A stretch of 64,000 nt of DNA from Caecitellus pseudoparvulus (GCA_965644315.1 CBFFRQ010000013.1:868001-932000); one strand, 5' to 3'. Numbered from the stretch's first letter, positions 24,040 to 37,475 are shown. Translations and numbers: made by a program. Notes: generated by a model not told the origin, from the letters alone.

Positions 24040-25554
24040 ATGGCAGCGAGTGCTGTGGGCAGGTTTTCGGGCAGTGGCCATGAGCGAGGGTTTGTCCGGC
24101 GCCGCATTGACTCGGAGCGCCAAGCGCACGCAAGGAGCATGCCCGAGCTCCAGCGCGCTGGCAGGAGGCGGCGGCTTCCCCAGGCCATCCGCAACAAGCT
24201 CCGCATCCGTTTTGGTGAGCGGAGAGTTGTCCCTGCCAGCCATGCAGAGGCAGCCGTCGCCAAGTGTGTGCAGCTGTCGACAAGTGCTCGGCAGTTTGCG
24301 GAGGCACGGGAGCGCACAGCGCTTGTGCTGGGGAAGGAGTTTGCTGGGGAAATCCTAGGAGACGATGCAGATGACAGTGGAACAGCTGGCCCGTCGTTGC
24401 CAGTGCGGCACACGGTGTGGACAAAGAGGGAAGCATCGGCGCGCACCGGGCACGCGCCCGAGAAGGTGAACGGCCTGTTTGGGCACCTCATCGATCAAGG
24501 CATCCCAGAACTCATCAGTGCGAGCGGGTACTCGCGGCGGGATTTATTCGCGCTGTTCATGCAGTTCAAGGCACTCGTGGCGCTGAGCGACACGCCAGAG
24601 GGCATTGACAAGGACACCTTTCGGCGCAGCATGCCACAGCTGATGGTGGAGGACCGCTTGTTCATTGACCGCGTGTACGCAGCGCTGGACGCAGATGGCA
24701 GCGGCACCATCGAGTGGGATGAGTTCATTGAGGCCATGGCCAAGCTGGAGAAAGGCAGCCGGGAAGAGCGGGCTGAGTTCATGTTCAACGTGTACGACGA
24801 AGATAAGGGCGGCTCTGTTGACAAGGAGGAGATGAGCAACTACTTCCTGTCATCGCTGCGCGTGCACGACGGTGGTGGCGGCGAAGCAGGGGAGGCCATG
24901 AGTGGGGAAGTGGCGTCGTACTTCGTGGACCGCGTGTTTGACACCATTGTCCCTGGCCGCGACGAAATTGAGCGAGATGACATGATCGAGTACGTGCGGC
25001 AGCACCCTGAAATCAAGGACATCTACGGCATGTTCGGGCGAAGTATGTTGACCTCCGACTCCATCCGGCGCATGATGGGCAGCATCACCGCCAAGCCGCT
25101 GGTGAAGCGCACTGCCACCATCGACATGCCGCGGCAGCGCAGTGCCCTGTGCAAGACCCAAGCCCAGAAGCTTGCTCAACGACGGCGGGGAAAGCAAGCT
25201 GTCGCACAGTGGAAACGGGAGGAGGCCATGGCAGCTGCGTTGTCCTCTGCTGCGAATTCTCGCCCCTCGTCCAGAGCGGCGGCTGCTGCGGCAAGCGCTC
25301 AAGCAGCTGCATCTGCGTTTGGCGGTCCATCTGCTCAAGAACAAGCAGGGAAGCTCTTTCATGCCGTGGCAGCACGCCTGGGCAAGTCCTCGCCGCTGGC
25401 TCGTGCCGGGCAGGGCAGCATGCGCAACTTGATGCTGTCCAGCCAGGACTCGGCGCGCTTTTACGCGAGCAGCCTGAAGAGTGCCGCTGACCGCAAGGCA
25501 TCTTCACGCAAGCTGAGCGTCGGCTCATTGGACGGGTCAGCGCCAGGTCTGTGA
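24040..25554 (+). CDS. EF-hand calcium-binding protein, NCS/calcineurin-B/calaxin-like
   Basis: EF loops DADGSGTIEWDE and DEDKGGSVDKEE in an NCS-like context (RVYAALD...GSREERAEFMFNVYD). The start at 24040 is inferred. Confidence 0.8.
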   Translation: MAASAVGRFSGSGHERGFVRRRIDSERQAHARSMPELQRAGRRRRLPQAIRNKLRIRFGERRVVPASHAEAAVAKCVQLSTSARQFAEARERTALVLGKEFAGEILGDDADDSGTAGPSLPVRHTVWTKREASARTGHAPEKVNGLFGHLIDQGIPELISASGYSRRDLFALFMQFKALVALSDTPEGIDKDTFRRSMPQLMVEDRLFIDRVYAALDADGSGTIEWDEFIEAMAKLEKGSREERAEFMFNVYDEDKGGSVDKEEMSNYFLSSLRVHDGGGGEAGEAMSGEVASYFVDRVFDTIVPGRDEIERDDMIEYVRQHPEIKDIYGMFGRSMLTSDSIRRMMGSITAKPLVKRTATIDMPRQRSALCKTQAQKLAQRRRGKQAVAQWKREEAMAAALSSAANSRPSSRAAAAAASAQAAASAFGGPSAQEQAGKLFHAVAARLGKSSPLARAGQGSMRNLMLSSQDSARFYASSLKSAADRKASSRKLSVGSLDGSAPGL

Positions 25555-27657
25555 AGGTGGGGGGCGTCGCCCCTCGAGCAGTGCCGCACCCTCCTCCTCT
25601 GAAGGGGAGGGGGGCTGACTGTGCGGCAGGCCAGTGCCTGCGTGGGCGGGGCCAGAACGGATGGGGTTCAACGCCAGGTCCGCTGTATCGGGGGCCGCCG
25701 CCGCCTGTGTGGCGCCTGCTCCAACCGGCCCAGTCCACACCGCGGCACCTTCTCGCAGGCACAGCGCCCTGCCCCCCAGCGTGACGAGCAAGGCGGGCAC
25801 CAAGTACAGTAGGGCTGGCTGGCCCTGCCCTGTCAAAGCCACCGCGGCAAAGGCTGTGCCCAGGGCAGAGGCATACGCCGCCATGCCCAGCGCCCAATAC
25901 AACCCTTTGCCTGGGCCACCCCACCGCGCGTAGTCGTGGCGCAGAGCAGCCACCAGGGCTAGCCCGGGTATGGCAAGGTCGCCCAAGCCTAGGAGCGCGT
26001 CGCCCCATGGGAACGCGCTTCGAGGCAGGGCCAGCAAGATGGGCATGCGCTCGCCAGGCCCACAGGCAGGGTCGGCTGGGTGTTGCCGGCAGTGGCAAGC
26101 TGCGTTTGCGGGGGGTTCGGGTGTGCCAGCCGTTGCCACTGCTACCATGACGGAGGTGCCGCCGGTGAGGAGGGGAGTGAGGAAGACCATGAAAATGTCG
26201 TACACGAAAAAAACGCCAAGCAGGCCTGCGAGGAGCCTGCCACTGGTGAGTTTGACTTTGTCCAGCATCTTGGCGACGATGAGAGCCCCAAGAACGTTCT
26301 GGAAGAAGTAAACTGCCGGCGTGTGGCGAGAGAGGAACCAGGCCAGAACGGGAAGCGTGGCCACGAAGTGCGCCACAAACGGCAGACAAGGCGCAGGTTG
26401 CGCCTGGCATGGAAGTCGCACAGCGCACTGAGCAGAGCCAGGCAAACACCGTCGCACTACGGGCTGCACCACCAGGCTGGCGAGTGCAGTCACGGCGACA
26501 AGTGCGTAAATTGGCATGATGATGTAAACGATGGGCACGCCAGCCCGGAGCAGGAGGAACAAGCCGCCGAGGACAAGGCTCGCCAGGGCCAGCGAAACCA
26601 AGATGCTGACCAAGGAGAATGCGGGTCCCTCGTCTGCCCTGTCACGGTCTTGTGGAGGGAGGGCCGGCCTCGTGGGGCAGGCAGCAGGCTGGGCATTTCG
26701 GCTGCTGGCTCGTTCATGCCGAGCTGCGAAGCACGTCGCAACGCCCAGCATGAGGACAGCCACCAGCCACAGGGCGTACGCCATGGGGTCCATGATGGGC
26801 GAATAGCGTGAGCTGAGCTGCACGGCGGGGGCGGCGGTGGACGTCGTCATGTTCGCCGCCGCAACGGACGAAGCTGCGAGGGTCGCCCCGCTCTCGGCAC
26901 TGACGAACACGGACGGAACGTAGGACTGCAGCGGCGCAAGGGAGGCGTTGGCAGTCATGAACAGCAGGTCCTGTGTGATGCAGCAGATCTTCCTGGAGGC
27001 TCGCCCAGCGTCTGCCGCGCTGGCAAAAGCACACTGGGCGCACGGGCAGTGGGACGGCAGGCCAGCCAGCATGTCCTGTTGGCTCACGAGGGCAGGCTGG
27101 ATGGCAGCAGTGCCCCCGCCGCAGTCAATGTCACAGGACGAGACATACGCATGACTGGTATTCAATGCAGGGGCAGGCAGCCCCGCAGCTCCCATAGCAG
27201 CGCTGTACATGCCAAGCAGAGACTGGGACACGACGAGACCAGCTGCGCCAGCAGTCCTGGCTGTAGCAGCCTTTACCGAGAAGCTGTGCAAGGGACGACA
27301 GGCACGCAGGCAAATTCACTAGGCCCTCAAGGCCTGCCCTTGCAGCGCCCAAGCTCACCTGCACTTTCCCCGAGCTGCCAGGGCAAAGTAGGCACTTTGT
27401 GGCGGAAATTGGCGAGGAAAGCTCGCCTCGTCGCAGCCAAGGCCAACGTCTGCCAGCGGGCGCAGGGTGGCATGTTCGAAGCTCTGCAGGAGCAGTCCGA
27501 AGCCGCCTTGCAGCGCCAGAACCTGCTCGGTGTCTGTGCGGATGACTGCGTCAGGTACCGGCACCGGCGACGCCAGCGCTGCTGCAAGGAAGCTGTACCA
27601 CGCCGCAGCTGCCAAGCGGAGGAGGGCGCGCGCCCCCAGCTGCCTCCCACTTCCCAT
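25537..27657 (-). CDS. SPPL2: Signal peptide peptidase-like 2 (A22B GxGD protease with PA domain); intron 27284-27358
   Basis: YDIFMVF, LGLGD and QPALLYLVP catalytic motifs. N-terminal signal peptide; the PA motif RGKCSFSVKA is reconstituted across the intron. Confidence 0.9.
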
Positions 27658-27785
27658 GAAGCGTGAGGGTGTGTTCATCCCGCAAGTAGGAGGCGACGGG
27701 TGCCGGCGATGGCGGGCATGTTCGATTTGCGCTGCAAAGCACGCTGCATTCGTCGCGTTCAAGTCACAGGTCAGGGCACGGGGGC

Positions 27786-29407
27786 TCATCCCCGCCAAGG
27801 GGACCGCACCTCGTGCTTCGTGGGCGCTGGCTCTGCAAAGAGCTTGTCCAGGTCCAGCCGCGTGAAGGGGCGCTGGTAGGCGTACTGCTCCCCCGTCCCG
27901 CCCTCAGGCCGCATGAAGGACACGTACATGTCCTGCTCAGTCAAGTCATACACAGCCAGGTGCACGTCGCCAGTCTGGACGTTGGCAGTGACGTTGGAGA
28001 TGGAGTTCTCGGGGGACAGCTTGCCCCACTGGTCCTGCAGCTGGTCGTGCAGGGCCTTCTGGTAGGCGGGGCAGTTCCAGTCCATGCCCTCGTACACCAT
28101 GTTCTTCATGCGGGGGTGCCACGTGGCGTTGAGCGGCTCCAAGTTCGTGTCGTTGAAGAAGTTTGCGACGGAGGAAGAGTACTGCACGGCGTTGACCATG
28201 CCGGCCTTGCCGTCTCCCACGCCAAGGATGAGGTCGCAGGTGCGCTTCACCGTTTGAATGCGGTGCTTGGCCTCCTCCAGGCTGCTGTCGAACTGCAGGA
28301 TGTCGCGCAGCAGGTACGTGAAGGGCACACCCACCCGGGACATGTTGCCGAAGGTCTTGTCGGGGAACGACACGCCGATCTCAGACACTGCCACCTGCTT
28401 TGCGTTCTGCCCGGTGAGCGTGCCGATCCAGCCGATGAACCCGACGTTGGCGAAGGCGTTGCCGAGGGAGGGGTTGGAGGGGTCGGGGTGGTACACTGTC
28501 ACGCTGGGGAAGGACACGGCGGGGTTGTCGGTGTCCCAGTCCAGCGCCCGCAGCTGCAGCGTCTTGCCTCCAGCCGACGCCTCGCCCCAGCTGCCGTACA
28601 TGCTGCAGTCGCCCTGCGTCAGGGAGCCAATGAGCATGATGTCCCGCATCTTAGTGTAGTCCAGCTCGGCCGCGTCGGCGAAGCCCTTCATCTCTTCGTA
28701 GTACCCAGGCGTGGTGTAGTTCACGGTTAGGTCGTACGTGAGGCCCAGTGCCACTTCCAGCCCCACCTCAGCGATGATGTCTTGCAGCCAGGGGGGGAGG
28801 AAGTCCACGCCGTTCTTCACTTGCTGCTCCATGTAGATCCACGTCCGGTTGATGACCTGCTGGGCCTCCTCCTTGAACAGCAGTCCTTGAGCGTAGCCAT
28901 ACTGAGGCAGCGACGCGCAGACGTGGGTGAGCTTCGACGCCGACTGCAGGCCACGCGGCTGCAGCGGCACCCACCTCGTACATGGACTCCTTGGCCCATA
29001 CATGGGCAACCCAGAACTCGGCACCTGGCGGGCCGGCCTTCATGGCCTGCGAGGAGCAGGAGCGACGGCATTTCAAGTGCACTGCACTTGGCGATTCTGC
29101 CGCATTCTCCCCGCCGCCCGCTGCGCTGGCTGCGCGGGAGGGCCACCCTAGCAGGGTGTTGGGTATCGCAGGCTCGCACCTTTCCACCAGGGACCACCCG
29201 CATCTGTGCAGGCGCCGAGGTGCGTTGTGAGGCGGAGGCATGCGCCGGCGTGGTGCTCCGCTGCATCCGCACCTGCACGCCGTTGTTGTCCGAAATGGGG
29301 TTCAGGTTGGGGAACTTGCCGGGCTTTGGTGCACCATGGCAGTATGCAGCTTCCGTTGCAACGAGGGCTCCCACAGCCACCAGCACGGCGAGTGTGCACC
29401 GGGCCAT
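27786..29407 (-). CDS. Secreted Ntn-hydrolase (acid ceramidase-like, Dictyostelium Dcd1-like, peptidase C45); several 5' introns
   Basis: Signal peptide MARCTLAVLVAVGALV; YGYAQG; YYEEMKGFADA; nucleophile Cys in GDCSMYGSWG (28605-28607); LQLRALDW; GVPFTYLLRDILQF. Confidence 0.82.
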
Positions 29408-29844
29408 GTTGCCGTCAGCGCAAGAGTGCCCGCTTCCGTTGCCCGCGCGGACCTGCACAGGGCAGTGCGTCACAAGGAAAACGTGCGAGCTGCACAGCAC
29501 AAGGGGTGCGTGCAGGGTCGACTGTGCTGATTCCAAAGTACTGGGAAGTCTTGTGTCGGCGCCGGGGCTTTGCGTGGCAGCGGCCTGGGACGCTGGCGGT
29601 GCGTTTGTGGACTGAGGACATGTGCAAGGTTGCTCCTCTCCGTCTTGGTCGGCAGTGCAGAAAGCAGCTGACCCCGGTCGTCAAAGCTGATCCACCTGCT
29701 GCCTCGCCCTGCCCAGCACAGTGTCAGCCCCCAGTCAATTGGGGCTGTTTGGTCGGTGCAAGTCTTGGCGCGTTGTGGCTGCTCTGAGTTGCCCGGGGTG
29801 TGTGCGCACATTCCGCACTTCAGCACGTTGGCTGCTGCCTCGCT

Positions 29845-32532
29845 ATGAGCAGCGAGCCAAGCGGCAACAACGCTCTTCGTCGACTCTCACGGCCGTCCAT
29901 TGTCGGCCGGTCCTTCGGCCCGACCTCTAGCGTCCGCAACATGTCAGGCTCTTCAGGAAGCAGTGGCAGGCGGCGAGACGACAGTGACAGTGGAAGTGCA
30001 GACAGCACAGGCAGCCAGCCGGACCCGCGGCCAGATGCAGCTCCTCGCTCCCGCAGAGGCAGCAGCTTGTCTGCCGCAGACAACCCTGCAGACACGGATC
30101 CTGGCACAGAGGGGGCGGGGGGCGCCTCGCCCAAGCCCACCAAAAAACGCCCACCTGCGGCACCTCGCAGAGCGCCCGGCGCTCCGTCCAGGCAGCCAAG
30201 CAGTGCGCCTGCGGCTCCCTCCTCCCCACGGAAAGCGCCACCCAGTTTGGGCGCCACTTCCAATCCCCTGTCCACGGTAGCGGAGGGCTCCGTGAGTGAT
30301 TGGCAGGGCAGCAGTGCGCCCAAGCAACGCAAGTCCACCGCTGGTGCAGCTGGCTCCAAGCGAGGCCCTGCTCGCAGCTCCCAGCGCCAGAGCCGCAGGG
30401 CATCGTCAGCCCGCACGTCCAGCATGCTGCCTGGCCGTGCCCGGCAGTCCAACGGCCCCGTGAACAGCCCCGAGCACATGGCCAAGAGCGCCGCGTTGAA
30501 GAAGGCGGAGCGGGAAATCATGAAGAAGCGACTGAAGCGCCGGTTTTTCTTCATGCTGTGGTACGGCAAGGCGTTCACGACGGCACAGGTCTGGGCCCTG
30601 CGTGCGCTGATGGCCTTCGTCATGCTCTCAGTCTGCAGCATTTGTCTGGAGGTGAGGCAGGCACGCCTGCGCAGAATCGGCGCACCATGTGACAAGCGCA
30701 CACCCCTTCTCCCCACAGACCATGTCAACTGGCGGGGACTTCAACATTCAAGCGTGCGTTGCTGGCCTTGTGCTGTGCTGGTGTTCTGCGGCGTGCCACG
30801 CCCTGAGGCTTCCTCCTTCGCAGGCCTGTTCTGCAGAGCAACAACCCAGCAGACGTGGACTACACACAAGACAGGGCACTTTTAGACGGGCTCATCACCT
30901 TGGAAATCATCGTTGTCATTGTCAGGTGTGTACAAGAGTGCAGGCGCTTGCATGCCCAGTGCACGGGTGCCTTGCACCGTGCGTCCTCAATGCTGCCCTC
31001 CTCGCAGCATGGTGGAGTATGCTTTGCGCGTGTGGGTGTGCACCATCCCAAAGTTCTATGCGCGCGCATACGACGAGATGGATTTCTGGTTTCGATGGGG
31101 CTGTTGCCTGCGCACCTGCTTGTACGGTGAGCAGACCGCGCTGATGGGCGCCCAGGACGAGAGCGCGGCTCGCAAGCTGCTTGCTGACAAGCGCACCGAA
31201 CAGAGCACGCCGCTGGTTGAGCTGCCTGGCATGGCACGGGGTTCGGCAGCTGCTCGCAGCAAGTTTGAGCTGTCAGAGGAGGAGCTGGCAGCCCGCAAAC
31301 GCCCGCCCGACATGGACTTTGCGAGCCGACTGCAGCGAAACCGCTCACGCATGCCCACCAAGGCAGAGTTGAGGTCGCTGCGCAACAAGTCTCGCATCAT
31401 GTTTGTGCTGTCCTTGTCTTCCCTGCTGGACCTCGCCTCCATGGCGCCCCTGCTGTTGTGGGCCGTCACCGGCGGAGCCTTTGACATTTTTTCGGTCGGC
31501 TCAGACAACGTGCTCGCAGCGACATGCCGCTTGCTGCGCCTGCTGCGCCTGTGCAAGTTTGCGCGGTATGTCTCGGGCATCCGCAACCTGACGGCGGTCA
31601 CAGTGGAGAAGCGTGCGGAGATGGCCACGGGCTTCCTGCTGTGCATCATGGTGGCCATCGTCATGTCTGGCGGCGTGTTCCTGGTGGAGCACACCCAGAA
31701 CACGGAGCAGTTTTTGGACTTCTTCTCCGCCGTGTACTTCTCCGTCATCACCTTGTCCACTGTGGGCTACGGCGACAAGGCGCCCATCACACAAGTAGGG
31801 CGGCTTCTCGCCGGGTCTGGTGCGCTGCTGGGCATCGCCCTCTTCACCCTGCCCTCCTCCATCATCACCTCTGGCTTCGAGGAGCGCACGTCGCGAACCG
31901 AGGGGCGCCAGCGGGATGGCCTGATGAAGCTGCACATTGTCCAGCGCCGGTGGGAGTTGCGGCAAGCCCTTGCGTGGTGGGCCTATCGATCCCACCGCTC
32001 CAAGGAAATTGAACTGGGCCGCATGCGGCGGGAAGCTGAGCGCCTGTTCAAAGTGCAGCAGCGCACTGGCCTGGACGCCTTTGCCATGGAAGACGAAGAG
32101 GACAGTGAGGGTGTGAACACATGGGGCAGCGGCAGCGTGGACATGCGGCGGGGGGGCGGCGCAAGCGCCGCTCGTTCCAGCGTCGCCACAGTCTTTGGCG
32201 GGGGGGGGGGAGGCTCCCCGCGGCACCGGGGCAGCCGGTCCAGCGTCGCGACCAGCATGGCCTCCTTGTCTTCGTCCATGCCAGGTAGTGGTGCGGCACA
32301 GACAGAGGAGGAGCAGATCCAAGCCATCATGTTGCACTTGCAGCCGCAGCGGTCAGCGACTGAGGAGCGCCGCCTGGCCAAGGCTGCTCAGCTGATCGAG
32401 GCCTGCAACGGGGACGTGGGGGAGTGCTTGATGATTTTATCGGAAGTCATGTCTGGGGCGGCAGCTGCAGCCTTGCAGGTCGGCGATGCCCGAGGAGGCA
32501 CCTCTGGCGAGAGCCTGAAGCTGCAGAAGTGA
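29845..32532 (+). CDS. Voltage-gated potassium channel (6TM, no T1 domain); introns in ~30650-31010
   Basis: S4 segment CRLLRLLRLCKFARY, selectivity filter TLSTVGYGD, S6 LLGIALFTLPSSIITSGF. Confidence 0.9.
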
Positions 32533-32801
32533 TGACGGCTGTGGCGTGGGTGGGGGGTCTTCGCAGCTTGGTCTGCGCTTCATGTGCGCGTACATATTGA
32601 ATTGCATCGCTGTCATGTCACCAAACCCACTCCCTTGCCCCCTTGACCTCACGTCGCTCGTCTCTCCTCACTCGTGTGTGTCCGTGGTGATCAACTCCCT
32701 CTCGGCTCGCTTGGGCTGGTTCCCTTGCCAAGCGCACCGGCTCGCGTGTGCTGCAGTCCAGCACCTGGCCGATCATTGAACGAAACAGGGGGGCATCTAT
32801 C

Positions 32802-34498
32802 ATGGCAGACAGTACGTATGCGGGGTCCGCACACGCATTGCGAGGTGCCTGCGGCGCGGCAAGCGTGATGGCAGGATCGTCTTTGCAATTTCCGCAGACT
32901 CTGCTGCTTTGGCAGGCGGACTGGACGGGCCACCCGGTATCGTTGTCGACATTTCTGCTTGGAACACACGTGTTGGCCATGTAGGGGAGGATAAGCCAGC
33001 CGTGTGGCGCACCTCTGTGAGTGCTAGGCTTATGCTTGCCATGCTGGGGGTGAGATGCACACACATTGCGAGGTCTGCGTACAGTACGTTGCTTCCAGCG
33101 AAGCCACCGGCGCACCCGCCACGGGGTTCACTCAGCTGAAGGACATGAAACCTACTGATGAAGTGCTCTGCCCAGTGGCTGACGGCATCATCCAACGCTG
33201 GGAGCTGGCGACATCGCTGATGTCTGACGCTGTTGCCAACGGGTGCGCGCCTTGCACCCGCCCAACGCCAGCCCGCCCATGCGCTGCACCCAAGCCCTGC
33301 CCCCCATCACAGCTTGCACTGCTCCGTAGAAGGGAGAGGGGTCATTGTCGCAGAGTCTGTGCTCGCCCCTCGTGAGCAAAGGCAGGCTTGGGCCGAAGTG
33401 CTGTTCGAAGAGCACAGTGCCAGCCACGTCCACCTTGCCAGGTCAGGTGTGCTGAGCTTGTATGCCCATGCTCGGACAACTGGCCTGGTCATTGACATGG
33501 GTTGGGGCGGGTGCAGTGTCACGCCAGTGGGGGAGGGGTACCCCTTCATGCTGGGCTCGCAGCTGTTGCCCGCCACGTCTGTGCACGCCGCAAACTCTGC
33601 ACTGCTGCACAGCCTCTCCAGCCATGGCGCCGCGTTCAAGCAGGGAAGCGCATCGCTGCATCAAGTGCCGTGCAGTGACGCACTTCCAAGCTCAGCAGGC
33701 CTCCTGCCCCTCGTGACAGCCCTGGATGTCCGCCGTGCAGTGCGTTGTTCACTTGCCTTCCCAGCACGCCTGCTTCGCATCTCGCCCGCCACCGCACCCC
33801 ACAGATGGCTCTGGATGACCTGCGTCCAGGTTTGAGCTGTGTTTCCACCAGTCCATTGCTCGAGTCGGCGGGTGCAACCTTGCCAGCTCGCGCCGAACAC
33901 GAGCAGCCCCACGCACACGGGCGACAGGCAGCCGAAGCTGCCAGCGCTGTGCCCATCGCTGGCAATGTACTGCGCGCAGGGCATGGGAACTTGACTCTGC
34001 CAGATGGGCATGTTATTTCTATGGATTCTTCCGCATGCTGCGAAGTGGGTGAGGCTCTGCTTGTGCCTTGGAGTGGGCAGGTGAGTTGACCGCCAGCATC
34101 GCTCGTCCGGAAGCTGGAACGGCCACTTCCTCGCAACTGGTGTGCATTTGCAGGGAAAACTGGCCCTTGGCCAGCCGCCTCTGATGAAGGCACTTGCAGC
34201 ATGTGCCATGGCAGTGGACCCGGCACTTCGCAGCAGCATGGCGGCAAACACGGTACTGTGTGGAGGGGGCGCTGACGTCACAGGCCTGCGCCAGCGGTTG
34301 GGCTCAGATGGAGCCGAGCTTGCAGCTGTCTTTGGTGCGCCCCTCCAAGTGGCATCAGGCGCACCCCCCACACATGCGTGTGCTGCTTGGGTTGGCGGCA
34401 GCATCGTCGGGTCGCTGTCCACCTTCGCTGACCTTGCCGTGTCGCAAGGCGAGTGGCAAGAGCATGGTGCATCTATCCTGACGAAGAAGTGCCCTTAA
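32802..34498 (+). CDS. Nuclear actin-related protein, ARP4/ACTL6-like; multi-exon (first intron 32812-32897)
   Basis: IVVDISAWNTRVGHVGEDKP, LSLYAHARTTGLVIDMG, LTLPDGHVI, NTVLCGGG, AAWVGGSIVGSLSTF...ILTKKCP; the terminal KCP is ARP4-like. Confidence 0.78.
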
Positions 34499-34505
34499 AT
34501 GCACG

Positions 34506-36981
34506 TCAGAGGCCTTGAGCACGAGCAGGTGTACGGCGGGGCTGGGGGCGAGCATTCGGGAGTCGGTACTGACCGAGTGGCAGGTGCTGTGGGGCACCCA
34601 TTGCAGCAGAGCCCAAGATGGCGGCATTCCACTGTGACTGCATGTGTTGAGTGGGCTGCTGAAAAGGCATACTGGACGGAAGGTATGCGTTGAGGACCGG
34701 TGGTGTGTGGGGCATGCTGTGGGACATGCTGTGCGGGTGCGGTGCCGGCGGCGGAATGCGCGCTGGTTCCCGCTTGGGCGGGGGGCGTGACGGCGGCAAC
34801 ATCGCAGCAAAGGGCATGTCAGCACGCTGGAAGACATGCCCCACAGTGGATGCAGAGTGGGCTCGAGGCCTCGCTTGCTGCACACTCGCTCCGTATGGCC
34901 CGCTACCCATGTGCTGGGCTGGGAGAGCAGGGGGGCGGGCAGCAGGCAGTTGTCGAGGGCCGGGCTGCACGCCAGCCTGACTGCCACTTCCAGTAGATGC
35001 CACGGACATGGTGCGAGTATCAACTTGCACCGGGAGAACAACTGTCGTTGCAGCTGACACGGAGGTTTCTTGTGGGTCCGGTCTCGGCGGCGCCGGGGCC
35101 GACGCAGGCGGGTCGGGCTGTTCGAGCAACGAAGAAAACGCTGCACGGAAGGGCTCTGGCACTTGTGGGAGTATCTCCTTCATCGCTGACTGGAACTGTC
35201 CAACATATCCATTCAGCGAGTCCAGCAATGCCCCTTTCTTCGAAGGCTGAACTGTGGAGAGCCGCTGTTTTTCGAAGGCAAGGCGCTGCAGTCGGGACCA
35301 CAGCTCGCAAACAACTCGCAGGGCAGCTTGCTGGGTGCACAGCGCTCTCCACTCAGCGTCATCTGTAAAGATGGAGGGAGTGGAGCTGTTTGCGGCCCTA
35401 GTGTGTCCGGGTGTCCGTCCCGGGGACCTGGCTTGCAGGAGACTCGGCAAGTTGAACGGATCAGGGGCGCCGCCAGCACTGCCCGACCTTGCGGCCCAAT
35501 CAGACCCCGGAAGAGGAGCAAACAAGCGAAGGGCATCCTTCACCACCACCGGGAATGGGTCTGTAGAGACGCTTGCATCCCGACTTGCCACACGCCGAGG
35601 GCTGGTGCTGGCATTGCGCACGGGGGGGCGAGTTTCTTCCTGCCTCTGCGATTTGGGCGGTGCTGCAGACTCGTGAAGACTCTCTCCAAATTCATGCTCA
35701 CGGGCTCTCTTCTTTCCCCCCACAGCAACTGCAATCACGGCTGCATCGTCGGACCCGACGGGTCCGCTTGGCTCAGCTGCGCGCCGTGGCATCGCAGGGG
35801 AGGCCGGGTGGTCTTGCTTGGGGCGTGCACGACTTGCCTCCTGAGAGCTGCCACCATGCTCACCACCCCGAACAGGGCTTGTTGCCCCTGAAGAGATGGC
35901 CTCTGCGATGACTTGCTCCAGGCGTCGGTGGTGCCGTGCAGCTCGGGCGGACAAGGGCTTGCGTTCAGCTCCACTGCGGCCCAGGCCTCTGTCGTCATGC
36001 ATACCAGACGACGACGTGGAGGAGCCCGCGCTGGAAGTGTCAGAATCAGACCCAGCGTCGTCTTCAATTGCGTGGCTCGCGCTGTGCTGCCCCCCCCCTG
36101 CACGAGCTGCTGCGGTGAGGGGCGAGTCAGCGCCACTCTTGTTGCTGCCACCACGGAGGCCCTGTGGAATCACAGGAAAGCCTTTGGAGTCCTTGGGCCA
36201 CCCCTTTCCCACTGAGATTTCTCCATTTCGCGCGTCGTAGTCGAAGCGAACTGCAGAAGCAAGATGCGTGGAGTGCAGTGCTGGCTGGTCAAAGCCGAGA
36301 GGCATTTCGGCTCCTCCAGCATGGGGAACCATGCATCGCCAAATAGGAGGGCAATTCACGAAGTGCAAACGTACCAAATGGTGCACTTGCAAACGAGGCC
36401 TTCCAAACACTGATTGCTCGCTGTGGAAAGAGGAAAGGTTCGGCCAGTCACTCTGGCTGCACGGTGGGCCAATGCCGCTGCAAACTACGCACTGCAAAGC
36501 GCACATGCATGCGCCTGATAATGGTTTCAATGGAAATATCATCTGTATGAAACTTTCCCTTGAATAATTCATGCTTGCCCATCCACGGCTTGCGCCCCCC
36601 TTCCACTTCTGCAGCGCCAAGGGAAAGGGATGCAGGACGCGGAAATCGACGAGGGCAGGCAGCAGTCTCACCGTCTGGACGGTAGTACCAGCGACAGCGC
36701 ACAACTTTCCCCGTACCAGCCTTTTGCTTAGCCTTCTGCATCAGTTCAGCGACGAACGGCTTCTGCGCCCGGTGGTGGGGAGGCCACGTGTTTCAGGTGG
36801 GAGCCTGCCGCGCGGAAGTGTGCTGGCAGCAGCAGTTCATCAGGCTGACGCCACGACGTACATCGCCCCCCTCGGCCTGCACCTCGACGATGTCTCCCAC
36901 ATTAAACCGTTCGCCCGATTTTCGAAAGCTCAAGTGCGCTGGCTTTCTGGGCGTGCCACCGCCTCCATCAGCAGCTGACAT
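34506..36981 (-). CDS. BAH-domain chromatin protein (EBS/SHL-like BAH) with a long disordered C-terminus; multi-exon
   Basis: Spliced exons give FNVGDIVEVQAEGGD|KPFVAEL...VRCRWYYRPD|EVEGGRKPWMGKHELF...DDISIETI and RFDYD, which is a BAH signature. Confidence 0.75.
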
Positions 36982-37475
36982 TTGTCCCGGTGACCAACGC
37001 CTGCGGCAGTGCACCAGCTGTCTGCTTCGTCTTTCGCGCAGACCCGGAAAGCTGTGCTCTCAGGCTAGAGCATGGAACAAGGGCATGGCCCCTGATGAGC
37101 CACCATACAGGGTCCCTTTCCAGTGGTGGATTTGTTTTGGGAAGCTTCGCGGAAATCCCCGCTCATCGCAGTGTGCTGGGGGGCGCTTCTCTCGGCCAGC
37201 GGGGGGGGAATCGTCAGCCAGCCCAAGCTGGCTCCGCGTCCTCCTCCGACCTATGCATTGCCTCCGCGCACAGTGGACCGCGAGGACAAGGTGGGGCAGG
37301 GTGCAGAGCGGGGTGGCTGTGCCCGTGCCAGGTCCGGCGCGCTGATATGGATGCATTGCTTCAGGTGCCAACGCAGCAGAAGCTGGTGCTGCAAGCCGAC
37401 GTACCTGACACAGTGGAGGGCAAAGGGCCAGCCGCAAGATGGGGGGCCTCGAGCTGCAGCAAATGACTCCAGCGC

